Assembly (NCBI GenBank): GCA_048270185.1
Contig: JBLWTJ010000001.1
Location: 832,001-896,000 of the forward strand
Origin: Bacteriovoracaceae bacterium
GTDB lineage: Bacteria; Bdellovibrionota; Bacteriovoracia; Bacteriovoracales; Bacteriovoracaceae
Length of the DNA: 64,000 nt
Reading direction: 5' to 3'
In this document: one piece after another, positions 1 to 9,800 of the stretch
Layout: the number at the start of each line of letters is the position of its first letter
How positions within the stretch are numbered: position 1 is the stretch's first letter
Made by a program: the position numbers and the translations under genes
The notes under the pieces: model-generated
Databases searched by the model: none
What the model was told of the DNA's origin: nothing
What the model saw: the letters and a program-made list of their open reading frames with translations, nothing else

Positions 1-523
1 TGGATTTGGTTTAGTTTGGTTATTTAATCGCTATATTCAAACAAAGGGCGGAAAGGCCAAGTGGGACAAGTTCACACTAAAGCTTCCAATTTTTGGGCCA
101 CTAATTACAATGGTGAACGTGTCTCGTTTTGCATCAACTCTTTCAACGCTTCTAAATTCAGGTGTACCAATTCTTGCCTCAATGCGAATTGTAAAAAACC
201 TAATTAGTAATGTTCATATGCAAGAGGCCATTGAAAATGCACGTATAAATATTTCAGAAGGTTCTTCCATGGCCGCTCCCCTAGTGGCTTCGGGCTATTT
301 TCCAATTATGGTAACGCACATGATCAGCCTGGGAGAGAAGTCAGGGGAACTCGAACCAATGCTAAACATTATTGCAGAAAACTATGAAGATCAGGTAGAA
401 TCTAAGCTCAGCGGCTTAACAACTATCCTCGAACCTATTATGATGGTCGGTATGGGTGGCGCAGTTGCCTTTATCGTTATGTCAGTAGTTGTTCCAATGA
501 TGGAGCTAAACTCGATTAAATAG
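1..523 (+). CDS. gspF: Type II secretion inner-membrane platform protein F (5' truncated by window)
   Basis: Frame open from base 2; RFASTLSTLLNSGVP, GEKSGELEPML and LEPIMM motifs of GspF/PilC; precedes pseudopilin genes. Confidence 0.92.
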   Translation, partial: GFGLVWLFNRYIQTKGGKAKWDKFTLKLPIFGPLITMVNVSRFASTLSTLLNSGVPILASMRIVKNLISNVHMQEAIENARINISEGSSMAAPLVASGYFPIMVTHMISLGEKSGELEPMLNIIAENYEDQVESKLSGLTTILEPIMMVGMGGAVAFIVMSVVVPMMELNSIK

Positions 524-573
524 CGAAAGAATTTAATTATAATTACGAGAAGACATTTAAGGAGATTAATTAA

Positions 574-1029
574 ATGAAGAAGAATTTTTTAAAGAACACA
601 GTAATTAAGAGTCAAGCAGGGATGACGCTAATTGAAATCCTAATTGCCCTAACTCTTATTTCACTTATGGGTACTTTCATTGCAGGTAGAGTATTTGATA
701 GCTTAGAAGAAGGACGTGTTAAATCTGCTCAAATTCAAATGAAGTCTCTTGAGTCACTTCTAAAAGACTTCAGAAGAAAGTGTAACTTCTATCCAACGAC
801 GGAAATGGGACTTGAAGCACTTACATCAAAGCCTTCTGGCGGCAGAGAGTGTAAGAATTATCCACCAAATGGATTCCTAGATGGCTCAGAAATCCCACTA
901 GATCCATGGGATATGGAATATATTTATACTTCAGATGGAAAGACTTACAATATCATGTCATATGGTAATGATAATGAAGAAGGCGGAGAAGGCTTCGCTC
1001 AAGATTTATACCTAAAAGAAAAGAAATAA
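574..1029 (+). CDS. gspG: T2SS major pseudopilin G
   Basis: Prepilin site G|MTLIE; YPTTEMGLEAL and DPW..Y motifs; AAGGAG RBS. Confidence 0.92.
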   Translation: MKKNFLKNTVIKSQAGMTLIEILIALTLISLMGTFIAGRVFDSLEEGRVKSAQIQMKSLESLLKDFRRKCNFYPTTEMGLEALTSKPSGGRECKNYPPNGFLDGSEIPLDPWDMEYIYTSDGKTYNIMSYGNDNEEGGEGFAQDLYLKEKK

Positions 1030-1034
1030 TACGA

Positions 1035-1700
1035 ATGCTTAAAGGTCATCGCCAATCGGGTTTTACATTAATTGAAATTCTGGTTTCGATGGCCTTAGCT
1101 TCCCTACTACTTTACATGGTAGCAGGTTCAACTTTCTCTTCACGTCGTAACCTCGACGAGACAATCGATAATATTGAAAGATTAATTCGCTACTCAAGTG
1201 ATGAAGCTTCTCTTCAAAATAAGTTTTTAAGACTTGGCTTTGAACTTGACGATTTTGATCAGAAGCTTCGCCTTGAAATCGCTCAAAAGAATGACTTTGT
1301 TATCGACCTAGAAGCAACTCGCTCTTTTGATGACATGACTGAAGAAGAGCAAAAAGAGGCCAAGAAGAAGGGTGGCTTCTTTAATCTTCCAGAATTTGAT
1401 GCCAATGACTATCGTCCATCTGGTGGAGTTCGTATTGTTGCCATTGGAAGTACCCTAACTCAAAAACTTCACACATCGGGTGTGCCCTATGTGTACTTTT
1501 ACCCCACAGGTGAAAAAGATTCTGTTATAATTATCATAGCAACTGAAGATGAAATGGTCGCCCTATCTACTCAGCCATATTCTCAAGTAATTGAGCGTGA
1601 GTATATAGCACTAGAAGATGTTAACTTCTCTAGTGAAGACTACATCGAAAAACTAACACAAAAAGCTAATGAACTTTATAACGAATGGTTAAGCAACTAA
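1035..1700 (+). CDS. gspH: T2SS minor pseudopilin (GspH-like)
   Basis: G|FTLIE N-methylation motif, FYPTGE motif, position after gspG. Confidence 0.7.
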   Translation: MLKGHRQSGFTLIEILVSMALASLLLYMVAGSTFSSRRNLDETIDNIERLIRYSSDEASLQNKFLRLGFELDDFDQKLRLEIAQKNDFVIDLEATRSFDDMTEEEQKEAKKKGGFFNLPEFDANDYRPSGGVRIVAIGSTLTQKLHTSGVPYVYFYPTGEKDSVIIIIATEDEMVALSTQPYSQVIEREYIALEDVNFSSEDYIEKLTQKANELYNEWLSN

Positions 1701-2200
1701 GAAATAATTCAGGTTTTACTCTAATTGAGGTACTAATTGCACTCGCAATTTTTGCGGTCTTTATTACTGCCTATATCACGGCCCAGGGCTTAAATATCAC
1801 TGATTCCATTGAAATGCGAACTGAGCTTAGACTTAGAGAGTTTGCCGTTGAAAAGATGAATGAAATTGTTGCTTACCCTCCAGACTTAAAAGATGCTCTC
1901 ACTCTAAAGCCAGAGGTTGGAAAGTTTGAAAGTAACGATGCTTTTAGCTATAGCATTGAATGGAAGAAATTTGCTGTTCCCGACTTCGATAAGATCTCAG
2001 GTAATGATCAAGATAGTAGTAACAATAATAACAATAGTAGTGGTATACAAAAACAAATTTTCACTGTTGTTAAAACGAACCTTGAAAAGCTTATTTGGCA
2101 AGTTAGTGTCACCGTAAAAGATGATCTCTCTGAAGAGAGCTTTACCATAAGTACTTGGATATCAGATCCTAAATACAAAGTTGAGATTAATGGTATCTAA
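1685..2200 (+). CDS. gspI: T2SS minor pseudopilin (GspI-like)
   Basis: G|FTLIEVLIALAIFA; gene order. Confidence 0.7.
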   Translation: MVKQLRNNSGFTLIEVLIALAIFAVFITAYITAQGLNITDSIEMRTELRLREFAVEKMNEIVAYPPDLKDALTLKPEVGKFESNDAFSYSIEWKKFAVPDFDKISGNDQDSSNNNNNSSGIQKQIFTVVKTNLEKLIWQVSVTVKDDLSEESFTISTWISDPKYKVEINGI

Positions 2201-3134
2201 TATAGAAGTTAAAGCAATTCTAAAAAATAGAAAAGGCTTCACACTAATCGAAGTTCTCATCGCTATTGCAATACTCTCTGTACTTATGACGGCCATTTAC
2301 TCTATCGTCGACAATAGCGTCAATACTAATGACCGTGTATCCAAAGAAGATCGAGAAATTCTTGAGTTAGAAATTGGTTTAATGAGACTGACAAGAGACT
2401 TAGAATTAATTCACTCTCCACTCTACTTTGACACAGAAAAGGTTGAAGACAATAAGAAGCTAGCTGCTTTAATTAATGCTAGTAAGAATACAAGTCGCTC
2501 GGGATCGACTGGCCAGTCTCAAAGTCAAGGACAAAACCAGGGAAGCTCGCAGTCACAATCACAACAGCAAAATCAAACAACAGCTCAAGTTGTTACAAGT
2601 CACGTTTATCAAAACCGTAACTTTGATAATCTTTCAACAAGTAATGCTCCTATTCCTATTGTTATCAATGAAGAAAAGGGTTCTCTCGTTTTCCTGTCGT
2701 CTTCTAATCGCCGTTTGTTAAAAGATTCAAAACAATCCAATCTTATGTGGATCCGCTACCGTGTTGCCACAACAAGTACGGAAGGTGTAGATGAAGAAGA
2801 ACAAAATAAAGAAGCACCTTACTCTCTTACTCGAACAGTTATTACAAAAGATCTCTACGATACAGAACTGGACTGGGAAAAAGCAAAAGAATACGCCGTT
2901 ATCAATAATCTTAAAGATTTTAGTTTTGAATTCTATAGTCCAGAAAAAGAAAAATTTGTTTCCTCACTTAAAGAACTCAATAAACTGAGAAAAACTCCAA
3001 GGCTCTTTAGAGTCAATATGGAATACTTATCAAAGACAGGTGAAGCATTATCAATATCGAGAACAATTCGTGTATTATGGCCTGATTACAACGGTACTGA
3101 AGACTTAAAGGAGAAGTATGACAAGAAAAACTAA
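2190..3134 (+). CDS. gspJ: T2SS minor pseudopilin (GspJ-like)
   Basis: G|FTLIEVLIAIAIL, LTRDL motif, late P-rich segment; ATG 2190 preferred over TTG 2181. Confidence 0.72.
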   Translation: MVSNIEVKAILKNRKGFTLIEVLIAIAILSVLMTAIYSIVDNSVNTNDRVSKEDREILELEIGLMRLTRDLELIHSPLYFDTEKVEDNKKLAALINASKNTSRSGSTGQSQSQGQNQGSSQSQSQQQNQTTAQVVTSHVYQNRNFDNLSTSNAPIPIVINEEKGSLVFLSSSNRRLLKDSKQSNLMWIRYRVATTSTEGVDEEEQNKEAPYSLTRTVITKDLYDTELDWEKAKEYAVINNLKDFSFEFYSPEKEKFVSSLKELNKLRKTPRLFRVNMEYLSKTGEALSISRTIRVLWPDYNGTEDLKEKYDKKN

Positions 3135-4473
3135 TGATCATCTCTCTGCAACTGATCTTCTAAAAAATGAATCTGGAATTGCCATTATCATGGTAACTAC
3201 GGCCGTTGCAATTCTTACCGTTCTCTTGGCCCAATTCACGTATGAGACGAAACTTAATAAGATTAGAATTGAAGGACAGGTCGATAAGGTTCAAGCAAAG
3301 CTTAATTCAGAAGCAGGAATTCAATATGCCCTATCTGTTTTGAAAGTCTACCGAGAAGCATGGAATAAACTAGAAGATAATACTTCTCTACAGGGAACGA
3401 TTAGTAAGCAGGATATTTCGTCAATTGTAACTCAGCCATTTATGGTACCAATTCCAGTAACTGGTGAAATGAATATTATTCAAAAAACGGCCATTGCAGA
3501 ATTTGAAAAAGAATCACTTATTCAAGGTTCAATTTCAGTTAGTATCTCTCCGGTTTCAGGCTTTCTAAACCCTAATTCGTTAAGAGTAATAAAAGCAGCA
3601 AATGCCCAAAACTCAAATCAATCAAGTAACTCAAGTCAATCAAATAGCTCAAGTCAAACTCCACAACAATTTATGGAAACGACTTTCACTGAAATGCTAG
3701 AAAAAACAATTCAAAATGAGATTGAGACAAATGAGGACTTTGCTCTACATTACTCAAATCTTGATCCTATTATGCTAGTCAAGGAATTAAAATTCTATGT
3801 CTCTGGTAAGAATGACTATGATGAACCTGAGAAAGCTGATATTGCTCGAAATTATCAAAATGCCGATATTACTCCAAAGCACGCGGCCTTTGAAACAACA
3901 GATGAACTCTACTCACTTGTTGGGTGGGACGATAAAATAGTCAATCTCATTAGGGATCGTATCAGTATCCACAATGTATCTGTTATTAACGTAAATGAAA
4001 TCACCCAAAATCAACTTAAAGTTCTCTTTCCTGATTTGACTGAAGTACACCTGGAAGACTTCTTTAACTATCGAAATGGTAACGAAGAAAAAGGAATGTC
4101 TCCAACTCCTTTAAAAACCGATAAGGACTTTAAAGAACTACTAACAAATCGAATTGGTGCAATGAGTTCAGCAGATTATGATAAACGCATTCAAGAATTT
4201 GCCAGTGCTAAAATTGTGATAAGTACTGGAGGAAAGTTGTTTAAAGTCGAATCCATTGGAGCTTATGGAAATTCAACTTTTAAATTAACCGCCTATATTG
4301 ATCTACCAATCAAGCCTCAAGTAAGTACAACTGCAAATGCAGGAGGACAAACTGGCGGTATTGCTGGAGGTTCTCAGTCAAGTAATCAAGGTGGCCAAGG
4401 AAGTCAAAACCAACAAACCCAAAGTAAGCATCATCTTCTAAGACCGCGAGTTGTTGAAATACGCACCTATTAA
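3118..4473 (+). CDS. gspK: T2SS pseudopilin tip protein K
   Basis: G|IAIIMV atypical prepilin lacking E5, SEAGIQYA, INVN helix-hairpin segment. Confidence 0.8.
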   Translation: MTRKTNDHLSATDLLKNESGIAIIMVTTAVAILTVLLAQFTYETKLNKIRIEGQVDKVQAKLNSEAGIQYALSVLKVYREAWNKLEDNTSLQGTISKQDISSIVTQPFMVPIPVTGEMNIIQKTAIAEFEKESLIQGSISVSISPVSGFLNPNSLRVIKAANAQNSNQSSNSSQSNSSSQTPQQFMETTFTEMLEKTIQNEIETNEDFALHYSNLDPIMLVKELKFYVSGKNDYDEPEKADIARNYQNADITPKHAAFETTDELYSLVGWDDKIVNLIRDRISIHNVSVINVNEITQNQLKVLFPDLTEVHLEDFFNYRNGNEEKGMSPTPLKTDKDFKELLTNRIGAMSSADYDKRIQEFASAKIVISTGGKLFKVESIGAYGNSTFKLTAYIDLPIKPQVSTTANAGGQTGGIAGGSQSSNQGGQGSQNQQTQSKHHLLRPRVVEIRTY

Positions 4474-4533
4474 TGGAAAATTTTTCATTAAAAAAAAAAC
4501 AGCAAAGTTATTGAAATTTGGTAAAATATTTCT

Positions 4534-6111
4534 ATGAGTATTTTAGTTATCGACTGTGGTTCCTACAGTATTAAATTCGTAGAAGGTAGAGTTCACAAGA
4601 AGAAATTCATTATCGATGATATTGAAGAGATTCTTTTAGAAGATGTTCGTGGGCCAAATGAAGTCGATCTATCAATCCATGAACTTCAGCAAAGAATCAT
4701 ATCAAGCTTTCTTACTGATCAAAATTATCATGGAAGAATCATTACTCAATTGCCAAATGAGTTCTTAACAAATCGTTATCTTGATCTTCCGGCCAAGTCT
4801 AAGAAAGACGCCGAACTTATGATCCCTTTTCAATTAGAAGAGGATCTACCTTTTAATATTATTGATACGCACTATATTGTTAATCTCTACAAGAAGATTA
4901 ATGGTCAATTCTCTGCCATCGTACAAATCGCCGAAAAGAATGTTTTTGCAACTTATCGCAACTTTCTAATGGCCTACCACACTCTTCCATCCAACCTAAC
5001 ATCTGAACTAAGTATTTATCAGAGTTTCGTTGAAGAGAAGAAACTAGAATCAAATGTTTGTATCCTTGATATTGGACATCAAACAACAAAAGCATACTTA
5101 GTTTATAACGGTATAATCTACACTCATCATATTTCATATACTGCAGGTCAGGCCATTGATGAGGCCATTTCTAAAACTTATGATATTGGACCAGGAGAGG
5201 CCCGTATCTTTAAACATGAAAATAGCTTCTTCTTAACCAAGTCTCAGCTTGATAGTGTGACGAAAGAGCAACAAGACTTTGCTCTTATGATGCATCAATC
5301 TTTCAAAGACCTACTCTCTCAAGTAGACCGTTGGTTACTTGGTCACCGAGTGAAGACAGGACAAAATATTGAGCATATCTACTTAACAGGTGGAAGCGCA
5401 AATATTAAGAATATCGAAAACTATATTACAGAACGACTCAAGGTTTCAGTATCCCAGTTTATGGCCCCTGGACTTGAGAAGATGGTTTCAAAAGAAGAGT
5501 ACAATGCTCTTACTCTTGCTTATACGATGGGAGCAATGAATACTTACCGTGAACCGGCAAAGAACTTCTTTACGAAGGAATTTGCATCGGCACTGAAAGA
5601 CGGTATTAAGTTAGAAAATACCCTCTTCACTTTTTATCGCATTGCTATCATTTGTCTAATCGCTTGTGCAGGAATGCTTTTTGAAACTTTCTATTTCACT
5701 GCAAAAGAAATAAAAACAACAGATCGAGATATTAAAAAATTATTTAAGAGTAGTAATCTAAATCTATCCAAGAAACAAGAAGCATATTTAAGACGCTCTC
5801 CAGATCGTCTTTTAAAAATTGTTAACCAGAAGAACAAGGCCATCGATGTCGACTTGGAAGTAATTTCAAGAGTTCCAAAATCGAGTGCTCTTAAAAATCT
5901 TCACACAATTACTTCTTCACTTAAAAGAAACAATCAAGTTTCTTTAACAAGTTACCAAGGTGATATCGAAAGTGCCAAAGCGACTTTTTCGAGTAAGTCA
6001 GAAAGAGATACAAAGCAGCTCTTGAAAGTCCTTAAGAAATTAGATGTAAATGAAGCTAATATTGATGATTCTAAGAAGAATGAAATTGTACTAAGCTTTA
6101 AAGGTAAATAA
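4534..6111 (+). CDS. gspL: GspL/PilM-like actin-fold T2SS assembly protein
   Basis: IDCGSYSIK, LDIGHQTT and LTGGSANI actin-like motifs, then a TM segment and periplasmic domain. Confidence 0.72.
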   Translation: MSILVIDCGSYSIKFVEGRVHKKKFIIDDIEEILLEDVRGPNEVDLSIHELQQRIISSFLTDQNYHGRIITQLPNEFLTNRYLDLPAKSKKDAELMIPFQLEEDLPFNIIDTHYIVNLYKKINGQFSAIVQIAEKNVFATYRNFLMAYHTLPSNLTSELSIYQSFVEEKKLESNVCILDIGHQTTKAYLVYNGIIYTHHISYTAGQAIDEAISKTYDIGPGEARIFKHENSFFLTKSQLDSVTKEQQDFALMMHQSFKDLLSQVDRWLLGHRVKTGQNIEHIYLTGGSANIKNIENYITERLKVSVSQFMAPGLEKMVSKEEYNALTLAYTMGAMNTYREPAKNFFTKEFASALKDGIKLENTLFTFYRIAIICLIACAGMLFETFYFTAKEIKTTDRDIKKLFKSSNLNLSKKQEAYLRRSPDRLLKIVNQKNKAIDVDLEVISRVPKSSALKNLHTITSSLKRNNQVSLTSYQGDIESAKATFSSKSERDTKQLLKVLKKLDVNEANIDDSKKNEIVLSFKGK

Positions 6112-6113
6112 TA

Positions 6114-6731
6114 ATGACTCAAAAGAGTGTTTTTAAAGAAATTGATCTTGCAATTGACAAGCAAATAGAAGAAGCCAGAGGTTCTAATTTTTTTCAAAGT
6201 GTCTCTGATCAACTTCGTTCATTTTCAGAAAATGAGCAAAAGATTATTAACCAATTCTTTTCAGCTCTAGTTGTTATTATCCCTCTCCTATTACTAGTTG
6301 GTGTCTTTACCTTTCGTACAATCCAAAAAAGTGAATTAAATGAAAGAAAAGAACTTGAAGCGGCCATTATTAATTTTAAAGAAGGAATGGTACAATTAAA
6401 AACTCAAGAAGGTGCGGTTGTTACAACTCAGCCCATCTATGAAAAGGGTGATTTTGTAAAACTTCTTGAGTCTGCAACTTCTCGTCTTAACTTAAAGTCA
6501 GGACAAGTTAATGTTGATGGCTTTCAAAAAAATAATCTTGGTGGATCGATCAATAAAATTGAAACAAATATTATGATTGAAAAATTTACGAATAAAGCCT
6601 TCGTGGGTCTACTTAACGAACTCCATCGTAAATTTAAGGCAATTGTTACAGAAATTGACCTCAATCGTACAAGTGATTCTAAGTTTGTCTCAGGAAAGTT
6701 GTCCATCGAATTCTACTCAAAGACAAATTAA
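6114..6731 (+). CDS. GspM/PilO-like bitopic protein
   Basis: Single TM plus periplasmic domain; position after gspL. Confidence 0.55.
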   Translation: MTQKSVFKEIDLAIDKQIEEARGSNFFQSVSDQLRSFSENEQKIINQFFSALVVIIPLLLLVGVFTFRTIQKSELNERKELEAAIINFKEGMVQLKTQEGAVVTTQPIYEKGDFVKLLESATSRLNLKSGQVNVDGFQKNNLGGSINKIETNIMIEKFTNKAFVGLLNELHRKFKAIVTEIDLNRTSDSKFVSGKLSIEFYSKTN

Positions 6732-6751
6732 AAACAAGGTAAGAGGCTTAA

Positions 6752-7690
6752 GTGAATACAGAAGTTGCTGATACAGGTTCAGAAAACGAAATTTACAAAA
6801 CAAAGAAGACAACTATTTTAATGATCGTCATCTTTGCCTCCCTTTCACTAATTGCAGGCTTTATCATGAACTTCTCCTTAGAGGATCGTATTCTTGGCCT
6901 GATCCATGACGGATTAAAGAAGAATCGCTCATGTCCTATGTTCTACAAAGAAGCCAAGGTTAGTTACTTTCTACCAGGAATTGCTATCAGTGATCTTGAA
7001 ATTTCTCCTCGTTGCTTAAGAGCACAAAGAGGGTTGATGATTAAGGATATTGACTTCTCTCTTGGGCTACCTAGTATCACACCAATGGGAGTTACATTTA
7101 CTTCTCAAATAAGTGAAATTGATGGATTAGCTAGTACCATTAATCTTAAGTCGATTCACAATATTTCGACTCAATATATTCGCATTGAAGAATCCACTCT
7201 AAACCTTGCTTCTCTTGAAGCAATAATGGGAAAATTAAAAGTTGAAGGAAGCCTGAATATGACGGCATTTATGAGCACAGATCTTAAATCAATCAAAGAT
7301 CTCGATGCTTATATCACTTCAAAGAATTTTATTATTCCAGGCCAAGTGATTCAAAACTTTGAAATCCCTACGCTACTGATTAATAATTTATCTCTTAAGG
7401 CCCATTCAGAAAATTCTGGTCCAATTGAGATTCAGGAATTGATCATTGGTTCAGAGGATTCTCCAATTAGAGCAAATGCAACAGGTTCAATCGAACTTAA
7501 TCAAAGAAATATCAACAATTCAAAAATCGATATTGAGGCCCAAGTAAAATTCTCACAAGACTTTATTGAGCAATTCTCGATCATCAATCTCTTTCTTGGA
7601 AGTGGAAAACCAGATGAACAGGGTTTCTACCATATGAGAATCACAGGTACTCTTGGACGCCCTAACCCACCAGTGATAGTTAGTCCCTAA
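6752..7690 (+). CDS. gspN: GspN-like T2SS protein
   Basis: N-terminal TM, beta-rich body, C-terminal ITGTLGRP; last gene of gsp run. Confidence 0.6.
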   Translation: MNTEVADTGSENEIYKTKKTTILMIVIFASLSLIAGFIMNFSLEDRILGLIHDGLKKNRSCPMFYKEAKVSYFLPGIAISDLEISPRCLRAQRGLMIKDIDFSLGLPSITPMGVTFTSQISEIDGLASTINLKSIHNISTQYIRIEESTLNLASLEAIMGKLKVEGSLNMTAFMSTDLKSIKDLDAYITSKNFIIPGQVIQNFEIPTLLINNLSLKAHSENSGPIEIQELIIGSEDSPIRANATGSIELNQRNINNSKIDIEAQVKFSQDFIEQFSIINLFLGSGKPDEQGFYHMRITGTLGRPNPPVIVSP

Positions 7691-7729
7691 ATTGTTGACT
7701 TCCCCTTATTCTTAAAGCATCTTTAAGCC

Positions 7730-8710
7730 ATGCAAACGTCATCAATAATAAATATTAAAGAAGCAAAGCAACAAATTGAAAGTGATATTCTTAGACTAAT
7801 AAAAAGTGGCAATTACAATAATTGGTTCCATGAAATCTATGAATATTCTCTACTTCCTGCAGGCAAGTTATTTCGCCCGCTGCTTGCCTATGCTAGTGCC
7901 CTAGACTTTGGTATGGACTTTGAAGACAAAACTGCGCAAAACGGAATTAGAAACTTCTCATGCGCACTAGAAATCCACCACACTTACACTCTTATCCATG
8001 ATGATATGCCATGCATGGATGATGACGAATATCGTCGTGGAAGATTATCAACTCATGCTAAATTTGGAAGTTGGCAGGCCCTACTTGCAGGGGATGCACT
8101 CCAGTCACTTAGTTTTTATTTAATTGCTAAGAATAAAGCACAGTATCGCAATGAAATTCTCGACTATGCACATTGGTGTCTTGGTGCAAAAGGCTTAATT
8201 CTTGGCCAGGCCCTTGATCTTGATCATCAAATGACAGAGAGCTTTAAAAACCTTATTCTTACTCATAAATTAAAAACGGCAAGACTTATACAACTAAGTC
8301 TTGTTGGAGCATACTTACAGACTCCAGCAGTTGAGTTTAAAACAGCTAAGGCCATCCACCGCTTAGGTGAACACATGGGCGTTGCATTTCAATTATTAGA
8401 TGATCTTTGCGAACTTGAAGATGAAGTATTAAGTGAACACGAGGAAGCTGTAAACCCTTGGAAAACTCGTCAAGAAGACTGCTTTAACGAATTAAGTCGA
8501 AATCTTTCGTATATGAAGCAATTCTTTCATCAGTATAAATGTGAAAATATTAGATTAGTATATGGTCAATACTTAGGAAAAGTCCTAACGATCATCAATA
8601 GCAACAAAGGCAATATTATTAAGCATCTAAATGTAGAGACAGGCCAAAGGCCCGCCTCTAATTATACTTTAGATCCAATTATTTCTTTGTTGAATACTTT
8701 GACTCTTTAG
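7730..8710 (+). CDS. ispA: Polyprenyl (farnesyl/geranylgeranyl) diphosphate synthase
   Basis: GKLFRP, LIHDDMPCMDDDEYRRG, GQALDL, KT and FQLLDD motifs. Confidence 0.9.
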   Translation: MQTSSIINIKEAKQQIESDILRLIKSGNYNNWFHEIYEYSLLPAGKLFRPLLAYASALDFGMDFEDKTAQNGIRNFSCALEIHHTYTLIHDDMPCMDDDEYRRGRLSTHAKFGSWQALLAGDALQSLSFYLIAKNKAQYRNEILDYAHWCLGAKGLILGQALDLDHQMTESFKNLILTHKLKTARLIQLSLVGAYLQTPAVEFKTAKAIHRLGEHMGVAFQLLDDLCELEDEVLSEHEEAVNPWKTRQEDCFNELSRNLSYMKQFFHQYKCENIRLVYGQYLGKVLTIINSNKGNIIKHLNVETGQRPASNYTLDPIISLLNTLTL

Positions 8711-9097
8711 GTTCAATTCTTTGAGGATACTTCTGGCCTGTTCAAGTTTATCTAAATCGATATTGTAATTTGCCAGCTTAGATTTTGGCGACTTCATTTG
8801 AACTTTCTTCTTAGAAGCTGTTGTTGCCACTTCCTTTTCAAGATCAACCTGACCGCGAAGAACCAACTTGGCCCTTTCAATTGTCAGTTTCTCATCGAAA
8901 AGCAGTCCTTTAATTCGAGCAAGAACTTGAATATCTTTCTGTTCAAAAAGCTTTTGACCAGTTGAAGAAATCAGCGGTGAAATCTCATCGAATTCACTCT
9001 CCCAAAATCTTAAGATATACGGCTTAACACCAACGATCGTACAAACTTCGTCTAACTTAAATAGAGACTTTTTAGGGATGTTTAGAGCTTCTAACAT
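8669..9097 (-). CDS. MerR-family HTH regulator
   Basis: IPKKSLFKLDEV...VKPYILRFWESEF; conserved position downstream of ihfA; ATG at 9097 directly after the ihfA stop. Confidence 0.85.
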   Translation of the reverse strand: MLEALNIPKKSLFKLDEVCTIVGVKPYILRFWESEFDEISPLISSTGQKLFEQKDIQVLARIKGLLFDEKLTIERAKLVLRGQVDLEKEVATTASKKKVQMKSPKSKLANYNIDLDKLEQARSILKELNLKSQSIQQRNNWI

Positions 9098-9098
9098 T

Positions 9099-9509
9099 CT
9101 AGAATCCATCTCCATCATTTTCAAAATCTTCAGTGTTATTTAAGAATGAACTAAGTGCATTTGGTTTACCATCTTTCGGAGGAATTGAAGTATCTTCTTT
9201 CCCTTTATCGTCAATACGGTGAACATAACGTCCAGTAATGTCTTCTTTTAGAACTTGCGAAGGTTTGAATGTAAGAACTCGTCTTGCAGAGATCTCCATT
9301 GCTTCACCAGTCTGTGGATTACGTCCCACTCTTGATGCTTTATCACGGATTGAGAAGTTTCCAAAACCAGAAATCTTCACTTTCTCACCACGTGCTAAAG
9401 TGTCCTTAATTACTTTAAATACTAGGTCTACAAGGTCAGACGCTTCTTTTTTTGAGAAGCCAGCTTCCTTATAAACTCTCTCGACAATATCAGCTTTAGT
9501 CAAGCTCAT
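9099..9509 (-). CDS. ihfA: Integration host factor alpha with C-terminal extension
   Basis: LTKADIVE, VKISGFGNF, GRNPQTGE and RRVLTFKPSQ motifs; GGAGG RBS before ATG 9509. Confidence 0.92.
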   Translation of the reverse strand: MSLTKADIVERVYKEAGFSKKEASDLVDLVFKVIKDTLARGEKVKISGFGNFSIRDKASRVGRNPQTGEAMEISARRVLTFKPSQVLKEDITGRYVHRIDDKGKEDTSIPPKDGKPNALSSFLNNTEDFENDGDGF

Positions 9510-9734
9510 TGCATTCCTCCATGAATCAAAAGAACCTTTATATATTAATAGGTTAGCAGAATAATACATATTGTACAAAAAAAATTTTGTAGGAAATATA
9601 TTTCTTTTTAATAACTTACAGACTCTGACCTTTAGCGCTTCATTTAAGAAAATTTTAAGTTGTTTGGATAAATAGAATCTATGTAAAATGTCTCTATCAA
9701 CTTCTTCTTGTCAAATTGGCGTATTGACATGAAC

Positions 9735-9777
9735 AATCCCCGGCATGAGTTTTACTCTTACCGGGGATTTTTTATTT
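9735..9777. terminator. GC-rich hairpin with + strand T-tract
   Basis: aatccccgg (9735-9743) pairs with ccggggatt (9761-9769), followed by ttttattt. Confidence 0.6.
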
Positions 9778-9800
9778 CTGACCATTTTAATCTGAATTAA

